The position numbers and the translations under genes were made by a program. Below the pieces are notes generated by a model. It searched no databases and was not told the DNA's origin. It saw nothing but the letters and a program-made list of their open reading frames with translations. A stretch of DNA of 63,925 nt, counting the filler, from Atractiella rhizophila (Eukaryota): the NCBI GenBank assembly GCA_021432655.1. It is 3 parts of 3 records of this genome, joined end to end, with 100 filler letters (N's around TTAATTAATTAA, not from the genome) between each part and the next. Parts side by side here need not be neighbours in the genome. Positions count along the whole stretch, not along the records: positions 1 to 31,123 come from MU271641.1; 2 more parts are not named here. One strand, 5' to 3'. This document shows positions 1 to 11,514 of this stretch, piece after piece (within the stretch, counting starts at the first letter, position 1; every line of letters begins with the position of its first letter).

Positions 1-24
1 GCGAGGAAGGAAGGGAAGCGACAT
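1..24 (-). CDS. possible 5' end of a gene running off the left edge (MSLPFLPR...)
   Basis: ATG at 24-22 on the minus strand, preceded by pyrimidine-rich leader-like sequence; only 8 codons visible. Confidence 0.25.
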
Positions 25-916
25 GTAGTGAAGGGAGGATTGCAGTCGGATTTGGAGAAGACTTTGGATGAGAGTGAGCTGGGAAAACCGGAGTTGGCTT
101 GGCTTGGACAGAATAGAGGAAGTGGTAGCTGGAAGTCGCATAATGTATGTTCTGACAATTCTTTCGGCTGTTTACTGACGGATGGAGACAGTCGGACAGC
201 ATGCTGGAGAAGATAGTGGAGGAGGAAGAGGAGATGGGTATTGCGAGGGTTTGATGTTTCAGCATCCAATCCTGCTTCTGACCTTTCTGATCATTGACAT
301 GGACAATGTGTGTCTTAGATTCCAAGACTCGTACCTGCTATGTTCACAAAAGCGATGAATTTATCAATTCGCGTCCAGGCTAAGCATTTTCGACTTGCAT
401 GGTCGAGAAGAAACGGAACGTGGATGTGCGACAATGAGCTTTATAGATTTCAAGGCGCCTTCCATCGTAGCCTACTGGTATTCCTCAGCGACACGCCATG
501 ACTTCCATGTCAGCACGGGCGGGAACGCTACGAGCCTGTAAACGTTGACGAACTCCGAACTTGAACAGCTTGAGACCTCGCGAACCAACGAACAAGATAT
601 TCTCGGTTAGTCTGGAGAGTTATGATTGAACTTGCAGGCAAAGAAGCTATGCGCCAACCCGCGCCATCTCGCGCACTAGTAGAAATGGAGGACCGACGGC
701 ATGTGCAATGAGGCGTTAATTAATGGCTAATAAGAATGGCCTTGAATATACAAAACAGATCAACTGGAACAGTTGTATTGGCCTAAATAAATATTGGCGA
801 GTTTTTGTCGTTCCATAACACGCGTATTCTTGGATCGGTGTTGTTATGGTCGCCTCTTCAAAAGGAGACGACGACCTCAGCACACTCCAACACGTTGAGT
901 GGAAGCTGAGTTCAAG

Positions 917-1942
917 ATGTTATCCTCTATTGCCCTCAGTGCATTTCTCTCCTTCCTCTCCAGCGTCTCGGCTACGCTGCCCTTGACTTGTCTTTTGACT
1001 TCAGAGTCCCAACCCAATCCTCTCTCTTCGAAATTTCCTTTCGAACCCACTGGTAAGTGCCTGTTGTCTCCTTCCCTAGCCCTTGTTATTCTGTATTATC
1101 CTTACTGTTGCATACGACCACAGGCACCAAAAATAAGACGCTCGCGCTGCTGCCGATACCGCTCTCTTTAGCTGAGACCATCCTCTCCCCCTACTCCATC
1201 CTCACACATGCATACCTCCCATTTCTCCCTGCAGACTGGGATACATCCATGTATCCTGCACTCATGCACGCAGCCGTGGACCACGATGTTGGAGCAATCG
1301 GTCTCCCAATAGTGGCGGACTTCTCTGTCAGTCCTTGCTTCTTTGAATGACGTGAGGATAAAGATGCTTACGCTATACGATTGGTTTTTGGTACAGACGG
1401 CATCGATCGAATACCCATTCGTCGACCTCCTTTCCGACAACTCCACCTCCTTCCGATTCTCCCCCAGCGCAGCCCTCTCCACCAACCTGATAGCTGGTCT
1501 AGGAGTCCTTGGATATGGGATTGATGTGTTCGTGACCAGCTTCAGTCCTCCCTGTGACGCCTACGCCTTCGCTTCATCCAACGATCGGAGCCATACGGTC
1601 TTCAGTGCGAAAGGTGCATTGGACTCTAGCTTCGTCACTGCGATCTCTTCGTCCCCTTCACCCATCAGCATCGATTATTGGAAGAACGTAACAAATCAAC
1701 CTTTCTTCTCTAATCCGAAGAGGGGGTGCGATAAACAAGTCCATTACTTTAACACCTCTGTTACCCTCCCACCGTATCAGCCGACAGACGTGATTGGAAA
1801 CGTTACAGTTCAGAAAACAATCTTCGAAGGTGCAGATGGTGGTGGATACCAATGGACGAATGTGTGGGGAGTGAGGATGGATACTGCTTTCGTGGAGTAT
1901 AATTATTTGGACTGCGCTAGCTTGAAGGGGTACAGTGGGTAG
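917..1942 (+). CDS. secreted hypothetical protein, 3 exons
   Basis: Signal-peptide-like start MLSSIALSAFLSFLSSVSA; GT-AG introns 1053-1123 and 1327-1396 join three ORFs in frame; several N-glycosylation sequons. Confidence 0.75.
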
Positions 1943-2867
1943 ATGGTGGCGCTCCTGTGAGTCCCCTTCTGCTCATGGGGACAGGAATGGAAGGAAATGT
2001 TTGCTTTCGCGTTTCCTGTTTATGCAATCCATCGTACGTCTTGACGTTCATCAAAGGTGACTATGCACAGTAGCATGCCGCGTTGATTTACACTCACCTC
2101 GCCTCCAAAGAATGCACGTATGGCACTATTTTTTAAAAGGAGGAAAAGCATGGCCTACACGATGTTGTTCAGCTTCTCTTCCCTATATCACTCATTTTTG
2201 CGAACTGTACCACAGCATTGCACAGAGCACGAATATGCATAACTCGGTTTGTTCCTCTACTTCACATTCTGCTCGATCTCGATCACTCTTCTCTCTGACA
2301 TAATCTCGGTCATCTCTTGTGTTCTACTTCCATGCGGTTCTGTGAAGAAAGATCCCCGATCATTGCATCGACCAGAATCAACGTCGCTTGCACAGAAAAC
2401 CTGCATGAGACGGTTGGGATTTTGGGCAACAATTATTGTTTGCGGCCGGTGTTTGGGGACTATGCCCCGATCGATCTCTATGACGTCACTATTTATCCCA
2501 ACTCAGCTTTCAGGAGGAGTCTTCCCAAGGCATACGTCGTACGGGCGTCTAGGGCATCGTTTTGGGACAACTAGAGCTGATAATTTACGTCTAATTCTCC
2601 TATCCTCCTCCGATTCGACTTTCAATCCCGAAAACAACTCTGATGCCGGTTTTTTTGACCTCATTCAGTCATTTCGCTTGACGGAAGTGGAATCAATGAC
2701 GTCCCAACCTCCCTTCCCGCTTTCAATTGACGTATAAAAACCCTCGTCCTTTCCCATGTTTTCCCTCCAGAATTTACGAAACAACCAAACCGCAACGACC
2801 ATCTACGAAACAACCTCTAACGAACTCACCTACCTGACAAACCTATAATTCTTCAAATTTGAACAAT

Positions 2868-5800
2868 ATGCCTTCCGCAATAGCTCCCACCAAGAAGCAC
2901 GTCGCTGAAAACCCTGCCAAAGACGCTGTCACTCATCCTACGGATCCCAAGACCAAGGGTCAGGATATCGAAAGGAAGCTCAAGTTCTACGAGATCTTCA
3001 ACGCTTTCAGGGCTGGGAAGGTACCCGACAACAACCAAGTCAACGGATGGCTGAAGGAGCTTGAGAAAGCCGTGTATGTGATCTCTTCATTCCCATTAGT
3101 TGTGAGGATTTTGTTGATGTGAATCTTCAAAGGACGCCAGCCGATCAAACCGAACTCTCGGCTGAAGGGCACGTCCTCGTTGAGGACGTCCAAGCTATCT
3201 TGCAGACGACGAGGAGGATTGTGAGGGAGAAGAACGCGGATGAATTGTTCCAAGAGTTCTTGTGGAACACTCGTGGTGTCGAAGTCGTACGTCTCCCCGT
3301 TTTATTTGCCGCTCAACTTCTCATCGACTGACTTCCTGCGTTGGAATAGCAAAAAGGAAATTTGAAGGACGTCAGCGCGCCAGTTGATAAGGAGGGGGTC
3401 AACAAAGACGCTGCTCAAGGTTCGTGTTCCTCTTTTAGCCCGTGTGCAAGGACTGGTCATGTTCTGATGTCATGCAGCTGCTGAGCACTTCCGCACCCTT
3501 GGCAAGCTCGTCGCTTCCAACAGCGAATTCCGCAAGGTGCGTTATTCACTCCCCCCGTTCCTTTCCATTACATATTCACCATTAATGTTGTAGTTGCTGA
3601 AAGACTCATCTTTCCTTGGCCGCGACATCCTGGCGGACGCTTTCACGAAAGCTGCCAATACTACCCGCCCCACCGAAGAGCAAATCGCTGATGTGGACAA
3701 CCCAGCTCCTTCCAACAAATGGGAAGGGCCGAAGGGACAGACCTTTGGAGCGGAAGGATCCGCCGCTCAGGAGATCCCTGATGCGAGAGCGCAGTTGAGG
3801 GAGAGGGTGGAGGATGAGATGAGAGCAAGACAAGTCGAGTACGTTGTCTGAGTTCTCAATCCCGCAGAGAGGGTTGATGCTGATTTACACTTTTCGTTGC
3901 AAAGTGTTGATGGGCTCCAGAGGGAAATTCCGAGCGCTCAGCAGGCGACGGAAGAGGCGCAGGGAACCGAGAATGCTGATCAAGCGAAGGGAAGACTCAG
4001 GGGATATCATGAAAAGGTGATGTCGAAGATACCTGACGAGAGGAAGGAACAGCTTAAGGTTCGTTTTTTCTTCACCCCTGTTGTTTTTCCATACTTACAT
4101 CCTTCACTCCAGGGACACGTTCAAGACGGCAAGGATTACTTCAAAGACAAATTTCCCGAGGAGAGGCGAGAGCGATACATCTACCGTCTGAAGAAGGTCG
4201 TTGTTGAGCAACAGCGTCACCGAGACTATCAGGATGCCGTCGACTTTTTCCTTAACATGGCTGAAAACTATACCGTTCGTCTCCTTTATATCGTATTCCC
4301 CAAATCCTCAATGTTTGACGAACAGGGCTATGCCAAACATGTCGGCAGTCAAGGAGGTGATAAGGGAATGGCCGTCTTGGGAGACCCTTCTTTCAAACAA
4401 GCGCAGAGGGAACTAAGGTTCGTATTCGTACTTCTATTCCCTTTGTGCCCTCAAAAGCTCAAGTTGGTGACTGCAGGACTTTGCTTGAACGTTTCGCTAA
4501 CAATCAACCCTTCCAACCTGTAATCGATGCCGTCAACCAGATCTACACGGACTCGAAGGAAGATCCTGAGCTGAGGGCTTGGTTTAAGACCCTCGACGGT
4601 TACATTCGCAAGGTGTTGCAAGAACCCGGATACGTCTTGAGGGATGACTGCGACAGGGACGGGAGGAGAATCTGGGATGAAGGACGTCAGGTTCGTCTTA
4701 TTTACATATGGATTGAATGGATAGAGTCTGACTCGCATTCAACGAGCAGTTCTGGGACGGCAAATATAAGGGTCACAGGGAGAACTTGTTCGATGAGCTC
4801 GGAAAGTTCTTCACGGCTTATGCTGACGATCCGTTGAACGTTCAGGTTTGTAACCTATCGCCGAAGACGAGAAGGTATCTGATATTCGAGGGATGTAGTT
4901 GGGTAACGACTGGAAGAAACTCACCAAAGATCTCCTCTTCGATTCAGAGGGAAGTCTCAAGTATAAGCCCCATCTCTGGAACGACGTTAGAACAGTTATT
5001 GCGCCTAAGTTCTTCACCCAGCTCGGTAGGCTCCCTACGTTCAATCCTTGTCATGGCACTGATAGTTTAACTACACAGGCTACATTCCCATTCCTCGTAT
5101 CGAGTACACCGACCCTCAACTTGACCTTGTCATCGAGAACTTGACGCTTGAGGCTCAGAATCTTCTCCCGAACGTGATTGAGATGGAGATCAAAAACTGG
5201 ATTAAGCTCAGCCCTTACAAGGACATTAAAGATCAGAGGCAGCATTCGTTCTGGCTGTCTTTTGGCCAGTGCCAGGCAGACCTTCGCGATGTCGCTTTCT
5301 ACGTGCGTCACTTTTTTCTGCCAGTCGTCTTACGTTAAACGTTGGTTGCCTTTGAACAGATCCGCAAGAAGAGCTTCCCCAAGCTTTCTGATTCTGGTAT
5401 TGCGGACGTCGTTCTCTCAGGAAAGGGAATTAGTGGAAAGGTCCACATCGAATCTCATGACGGACCTGGCCGCGTTTTCAACGTTGTCAACGTCAAATGT
5501 AAGGTCGATAAACTCAAGTGGGTCTTCTTTTTTTCCGCCCCTACTCTTGTCTCATCTTACAATGAACAGATTCGCTATTCGAGAAGCCAAGCATTCTACA
5601 CTCTACGCCCTCGCTCGTCCACTGGCGACCGGTCTGATCAAGAAGCAAATCGCGAAGGCTATCGAAGACGCTATCAAACAAGGTCTTGTACAGCTCGATG
5701 CCCAGCTTGTGGACATGAAGGAGCGTATGGAGGCGACAGAAGGAGGCAAGAAAGAAGCATTCAACCAGCTGTTCGCAAAGAAAGACGACGCGAAAACAAA

Positions 5801-6096
5801 GGTGGAAGAAAAGACAACCAGCTCAAAGGAGTCGACTTTCAAGGTATGCTCCTCTGCTTGACACTCTGACATGGAGGTTCATTTGTGTTTCATTGTAGCT
5901 TGTTAGCAAGCGAGACTCGAAGATCATTGACTGGGCTAGCAAAGACTCTATGGTTGATAGGGCCATGGAGAAAGGAGAAATCAAAGGTGATAGGTGGAAG
6001 AGCCCCACTTTCGATGGTACGTCCCAACCGCCTCGCACATCCTTCAGCACCTGATCCTCTGTCCAACCAGTTTTCAACACTGGAATCAAGGCATAA
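2868..6096 (+). CDS. HAM1-like / DUF4449 family fungal protein, multi-exon
   Basis: Segments QDIERKLKFYEIFNAFRAGKVPDN, RERYIYRLKKVVVEQQRHRDYQDAVDFF, LFDSEGSLKYKPHLWND and FPKLSDSGIADV resemble this family; many short GT-AG introns; ends VFNTGIKA-TAA. Confidence 0.75.
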
Positions 6097-6850
6097 ACCT
6101 ATCCTAAGACTTATCTGGATCCCCAAACAGTTTGCTTTTCGTTCAACTTCAGATTAAAAGTACACTTTCGTTCTCCTTTTCTTTGGCTCTTGGGCAGTAA
6201 AATGTGGTGGCCTCGTGAAAGCAAACAAGCTTCTAATTGTACAAATACGCGTTCTACTTAACTGTGGAATATAATACTTCGTCTGTTACAATAATTCAAC
6301 ATGCTCCTCCCAGTTTTCTCGTTCGGTTCCCACATTTTGGATTGTTTTCTTTCAACAGGCGAGTCTCTCTTTCACATCCCCTGCCAGTCCAGTGGATACT
6401 GTCTGCTCATTTTCTCTGCATTTTCTAGATTTACGACAGTGCCATCTCCATGAGATATCTAATCCAGCTCCTGCTGGCCTGTTGGTTGCGTCCATTGACT
6501 TGTCCTCCTCTGTTCCTCTCTCTGTTCCTGCACCCGCAAGCCAGAGTCTTCAATTCATGGCGCAGCACACACCAAACTGCACGCACACTACCCATGTTTC
6601 GCCTGCCAACTCTTCCAAAGAAAACGATAAATGTGAGACGTCGACAACAGGGAGTTGCAAGTTGGAAAGGTCATGAAGCGAATCACGTCGAAAGCACCGT
6701 CGAATTGTGAGCGTTGCCGCCGTTTGAAGGTGAGGTGCACGAAGCCGCTCGATCAAAAGACGCGTTTGCCCTGCCAGCGATGTCGTGACGATAAAGAAAT
6801 GTGACTGAAGATCTTCTCTGAGACGGTATGCACACGCTTACTTCAAACTT

Positions 6851-8885
6851 GTGTGTAGATGTGAAGTAAAGGTCGCCTATCCTCCACAAGGGAAGAAGAC
6901 TCTTCAGCCAACAAACGCTGTTTCGGAAGAAGACAGAATAGAGAAGTTCCTCCTTCGAACATACAGCGTCCAGTCGCAATCAGTAGATGCAAGATTGGGA
7001 GCTGCTCAGCGGGCTTTCAGCCTAGGAAACCATCTCGTGAAGTGTAAGTGCCGCCATGTTGGTCAGTAAACTTCCACTCACAAGGATGTAGTGGCAGGCA
7101 ACCAAGTTCCGTTTGATATTTCTGGCCCTGTGAACTCGAAGAGTGGAACGTACACTTTGTCATGGCCCCAGTATTGGACTCTCAGATTCGACTGCCATCC
7201 TGTGGACAGGATCGTTGACTTGTGGTTCAAGTTCTCGTTGGCTCGCTCTGCAATATGGTCACCACACTCCGTGAGCCTCCCTTTCAATGACGATTGTGAA
7301 GCCTCATCGAAAGATAGGATATCTTTGGTGTGACCTCTAACGTCGATATTATTCCGCACAGGAATTTCAATGATCCTTTGCTCGACCTCCGTTCATACGG
7401 TCATCGAAGACAAGAGGCTAGAGGAGTGCTCACGAACGCTTGCTTGTCGGTCGCCATAGCTCCCGATTCTCCACTGCGTACCGAAAAGACAGAAGCCTCG
7501 CTCTCCATGACCTCTACTCTCCTGCACACCTTCAATCGCCCATTCCAAACACGAGAATACGGACGTGCCCTCGTTCAAATCGCCGTTGACATCTTTGAAG
7601 CACTTTGGAAAGTCTCACCTCCCGATAGGAAGCGCCAACTTGTTAATGCACAGTTCGAATTGTTAATTTTGTGCGATATACGCTGTTGTGTCGACCATGG
7701 AGGACCGCTGATCATCCCGGATCAGCTGTTAAAGAAATATTTAAAAGGCTCAGAATATCCGAGCAACAGCTTCATTGATCCGACTCTGTTTAGGCTTGGA
7801 AATATTCCTGATCCGAGCCAAAAAGATGCATTCGCAAGCTCAATGTGGGGGTTTCTAATGGCGACGTTGAGGCACATAATCAGAGCAAGTAGGATCCCCT
7901 CGATTGCTTCAAAAATATCTACTGATCGATCTGCAGGAGAAAAGTTGAAGTCTATCTACATTTCTCGAGAAGAAGTCGAACAGAAAACCGAAGAACTCTG
8001 CGATTGGATACTTTACTTCTCTCGTTGGCGCCAGACCAACTTTCCACCAATACCTTCTCCCGACTACGAACGTGCTGATTGTCCAATCTTCGTAGGACCA
8101 ACAGGAGAAGAAGCACGTTGGCATTCTCGCACCATTCTCGTCGAACAAACAAAAGCTTCCTTCATCCTGGCATCCTTCCTGCATGACTGTCGCGCTCGGT
8201 TCCCTATGAGCTCACGACTGAAGGAAACGGATCGTCTGGTACGACAGAACTGCGATGAGACGATTCAAAAATGCTTGGATTGGTTACATCATGCCTTCAA
8301 AGTTCACGAAAAACTCAATTCATCAATCATGATAGGTATTATCCTCGGCGAAGTTGCACCGATCAGACATTGCGAATACCTTCCAGGCGGATTTCGCTAC
8401 TTTGCGAATTGGGTGGTACGAAACGCAGGGAAAGTGAACACGAAGGACATAAAGAAGTGAGACGTTCTACCCACTGATGCCAATGAGCCATTCTAATGGC
8501 AGACTAGACTCTTTCAGATTTTAAACCACCAGAGTTGGGGAGCCAAAATTGCGGCTGAAAGGAGCGACGAATTCGAGGACGAATTGCAGAGAATCCAAGT
8601 GAGTTGTTTTCAATCAAGTTCTCTACTTTAAATATGCTGACGGCCCCTCTAGCGGTCACGAAACACGGTGCGTAGTATTCATCTCATAAATGAATCTGTA
8701 AGGTGACCGCGGCTTGTTCCCTCGATCAGTCCCAGGTCGCAGAGGATGCGACACCGGCTTCAACTTCCACATCCCTATTGGATTTTGAAGACACACTTCA
8801 TTCATTGGGAATGGGCAGGTCTGACATCGCTCCGTCACCTTCGATTGACGACTTTGAAGATACAGTGGTCCAGATTTTAACGTGA
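6851..8885 (+). CDS. hypothetical protein, multi-exon (5' end uncertain)
   Basis: 376-aa open exon 7330-8460 with spliceable flanking exons (gtgaga, gtgagt, gtgcgt donors); no family recognised. Confidence 0.55.
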
Positions 8886-9053
8886 AATAGATACGAAACC
8901 CCTTCACATATTTCAATCGCTAAAGGATATAAGTTGATAGAAAGATAGTGATAGTCATTGTTCAGGAGGCATATGCAATAACAAGGAAGTGGCAAACAGC
9001 TAGCGAGCCGAATACGGAAAAACGAGACAGAGCTCTGCGGAGTAGGTTGGCGT

Positions 9054-9940
9054 TCAATTCTTCTCCACGAATCTCAGTTTCTGTATGATCGTAAGCGTGG
9101 TTGATAAAATGAGCAGTGGAGAACAGAAAGGGTACATACCACCAAGTGCGAAGCATTTGTATAATACATTCGAAACTCCTTGATATCTCCTCCAAATAAC
9201 AAGTTGCCTCCTTGCGTCCAAACCTGAATGTTGGGCTTAGATCCGTCCGAGTTAATCCACTCAGGCTTCAACGCTCCGTCTTTCGACAGCGTCCACTGAT
9301 CCCCAATGAGAAACACACGTCAACAGGGAGTAGAAGAGCACGAGAGAAAGACGAACCACGTGGGAGAGGGAGGTACGATGCTTGTGATAGTGAGCAGAAA
9401 AGGTGTTCCCGACATTTTTAGGACGAGACGATGGTGCAGTACGCTTTGTGGCGGTAAGATAGCCGTATCTTCACACCCTATTGAGGACGTCACAAAAGAG
9501 GGGAGGCAAGAAGACTAACTGCCAGTTGTCATGTCCAAGCTTCGAATTGTAGTCGTCACGTCCTTGCACTAATCCGAAATACGGCCAATGCTTCTTGACA
9601 TCCGAGTTCTAACGAATGGGCAGAGGGGGGTTAGTACTGAAACGATATCGCTCACGTAAGAGGAAGTGAAGAGGGACGAGGGACGAACAAGGATTCTGAG
9701 ACCCATGTTATGTTGATCATTGCCTTCAAGTGCAACAGTCAAATATTCGCCAGGGAATTTAGTAGTATTAAACTTTTGTTTGTGGACGGACTCCTTCGAA
9801 ACGTAACCTACGTGTTGATAATGCGGTTGATTTTTACTGGTCGCATGGGAGAGGCGAAGGACTTGGATGTGACCGATCCTAAGTGCGTCGGATACGGCGA
9901 GGAGGTTGAGAAAGATAACGAAGACGGTGTACAATAACAT
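9054..9940 (-). CDS. small secreted protein, multi-exon
   Basis: Signal peptide MLLYTVFVIFLNLLAVSDA; segment WTLSKDGALKPEWINSDGSKP resembles basidiomycete secreted proteins; last exon KLRFVEKN-TGA after a GTATGT...CAG intron. Confidence 0.65.
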
Positions 9941-10782
9941 ATTTGCTATTTCTTGAGAACGATCGTGAATCAAATGATAGTACTGATGTGCAAAAACTGC
10001 TAAACTGCTGAACGAAGGAGCAAACAAAGTGAGAGTCAAGGGTGAGACGAGGCGTCTTTTATGAGTTCGGCATGGCGCTCCCGCTCATGGGAAAGGGGCT
10101 CGACTGAAAGCGCAATAAGTGTGCACAATGTTCTTGGCCAAAACAAAAGCGGGAAGGGTTGCTGAGAATGATGAGAAATTTCGTAAGGCGGGTGGAGATG
10201 CTGTCTTTGCCTTCATGATGATGTATTCTCAATATAACGGCAGCGCTCAAGGAAAAGCGATGATACATGCTTAAGAGAAAGAGGCAAATGGAACGGTGGA
10301 TTTGATTGGTTCACTGCTGATCCTGACCTGCCTATTAAGATAATATGCATGTTGTTCCCTTCTGAACCCGAGAGAATAATACCATATTCAGAATAAGAGA
10401 ACTCTAGGATGGACATTTAGACGTGACGCCCATGAAAATACACTCATTATTGTAATAGCAAATCTGCATTGAATGCTCATGTTTGAAGCAGACTGAAAGG
10501 ACTTCCCACTCATCACATCGTTTCAGCTTGTCTGTGCTTCGCGACAGCAGTTATATCCAGGAATGCGATTGAAACGCGTCCTGGAACCATAAATCATCGT
10601 GAATAAGGCTGAAGTTTGGGATTCTCTTTCAAGTTGGCTACGCAAATCCAAAGACTCGCCCTCGCGTCTCCAGCTGAAATGTAAATGTCACCTCTCACCA
10701 CAACAGGGTACAGCGTGGCAGCAATGACGGTAATGGGACACACCCTTTTCTGCCTGTTGATGGTCCTATCTTAAAAAGTACC

Positions 10783-11394
10783 TTGGTGCCATCAGCCAGG
10801 TTCAGCCAGAGCTGGAAGAAGAACTTTGTCCGAATTTATGTTCGAGATGTCCATCATGACGTCAAAGAACCAGGTTGCGGAACCGAGAGAGTGTCAAGCC
10901 ACGCGACGATGAAGTTATTTATCAGTTCTGAAGGACACTTTATGGAAACGAATGCGAGCCGTCGCCACTGCGAAGGGGAGGGCATGACGACCGACATGCG
11001 CCAGAGGTTTTCCCATTCCCAATATTCGTTTGGTCTCAAACCTTGGACTGTGGCGCTCGTTTATCAGGAGGATAAGTAGGATATGTGAGTTCCGTCTCTC
11101 CTTCTTTTCAGCACACTCATATATATGCCTTTCATGCTAACAGGTGAATAATTGGACCTAACGACAGTCATTTTAAAGACGCATACTTTTTTTTACGACT
11201 TAGACCTGAAATCAATAGAGGGAACAGATGGGGGCAAAGGAGGAGCAAGAGAGGTGCGTTTCGTTGCTCCTTTCTCCAAGCTAAGTGTAAGAGAGCTGAT
11301 GCGCTTGTTCTACCAGTGCTTCGAGTTCTGGCAGGAGTGCGGCGGGAGGGATGCGCAGAGCTGGGCGAGAGGGAGAGGGAGAAAAACGTCATGA
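10783..11394 (+). other. possible upstream exons of the mucin gene, or a decayed coding region
   Basis: Two ORFs of 98 and 80 aa separated by an intron-like stretch (gtgagt...ctaacag); frames could not be joined cleanly. Confidence 0.25.
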
Positions 11395-11514
11395 TTCAAT
11401 AGCTGAGGGTTCTCATGTTCCGAGTCGGAAGAGGTCCGTCATCTGTTCAAATTTTTACTGCCCTCCAGTCAGAGTCTGATATTCTGTCCATCACGACGCG
11501 TTAGGAAACGTGCC

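Noticed and set aside
2249..2737. Short ORFs between the first two genes
   Set aside because: No recognisable motif or convincing exon chain; insufficient support.
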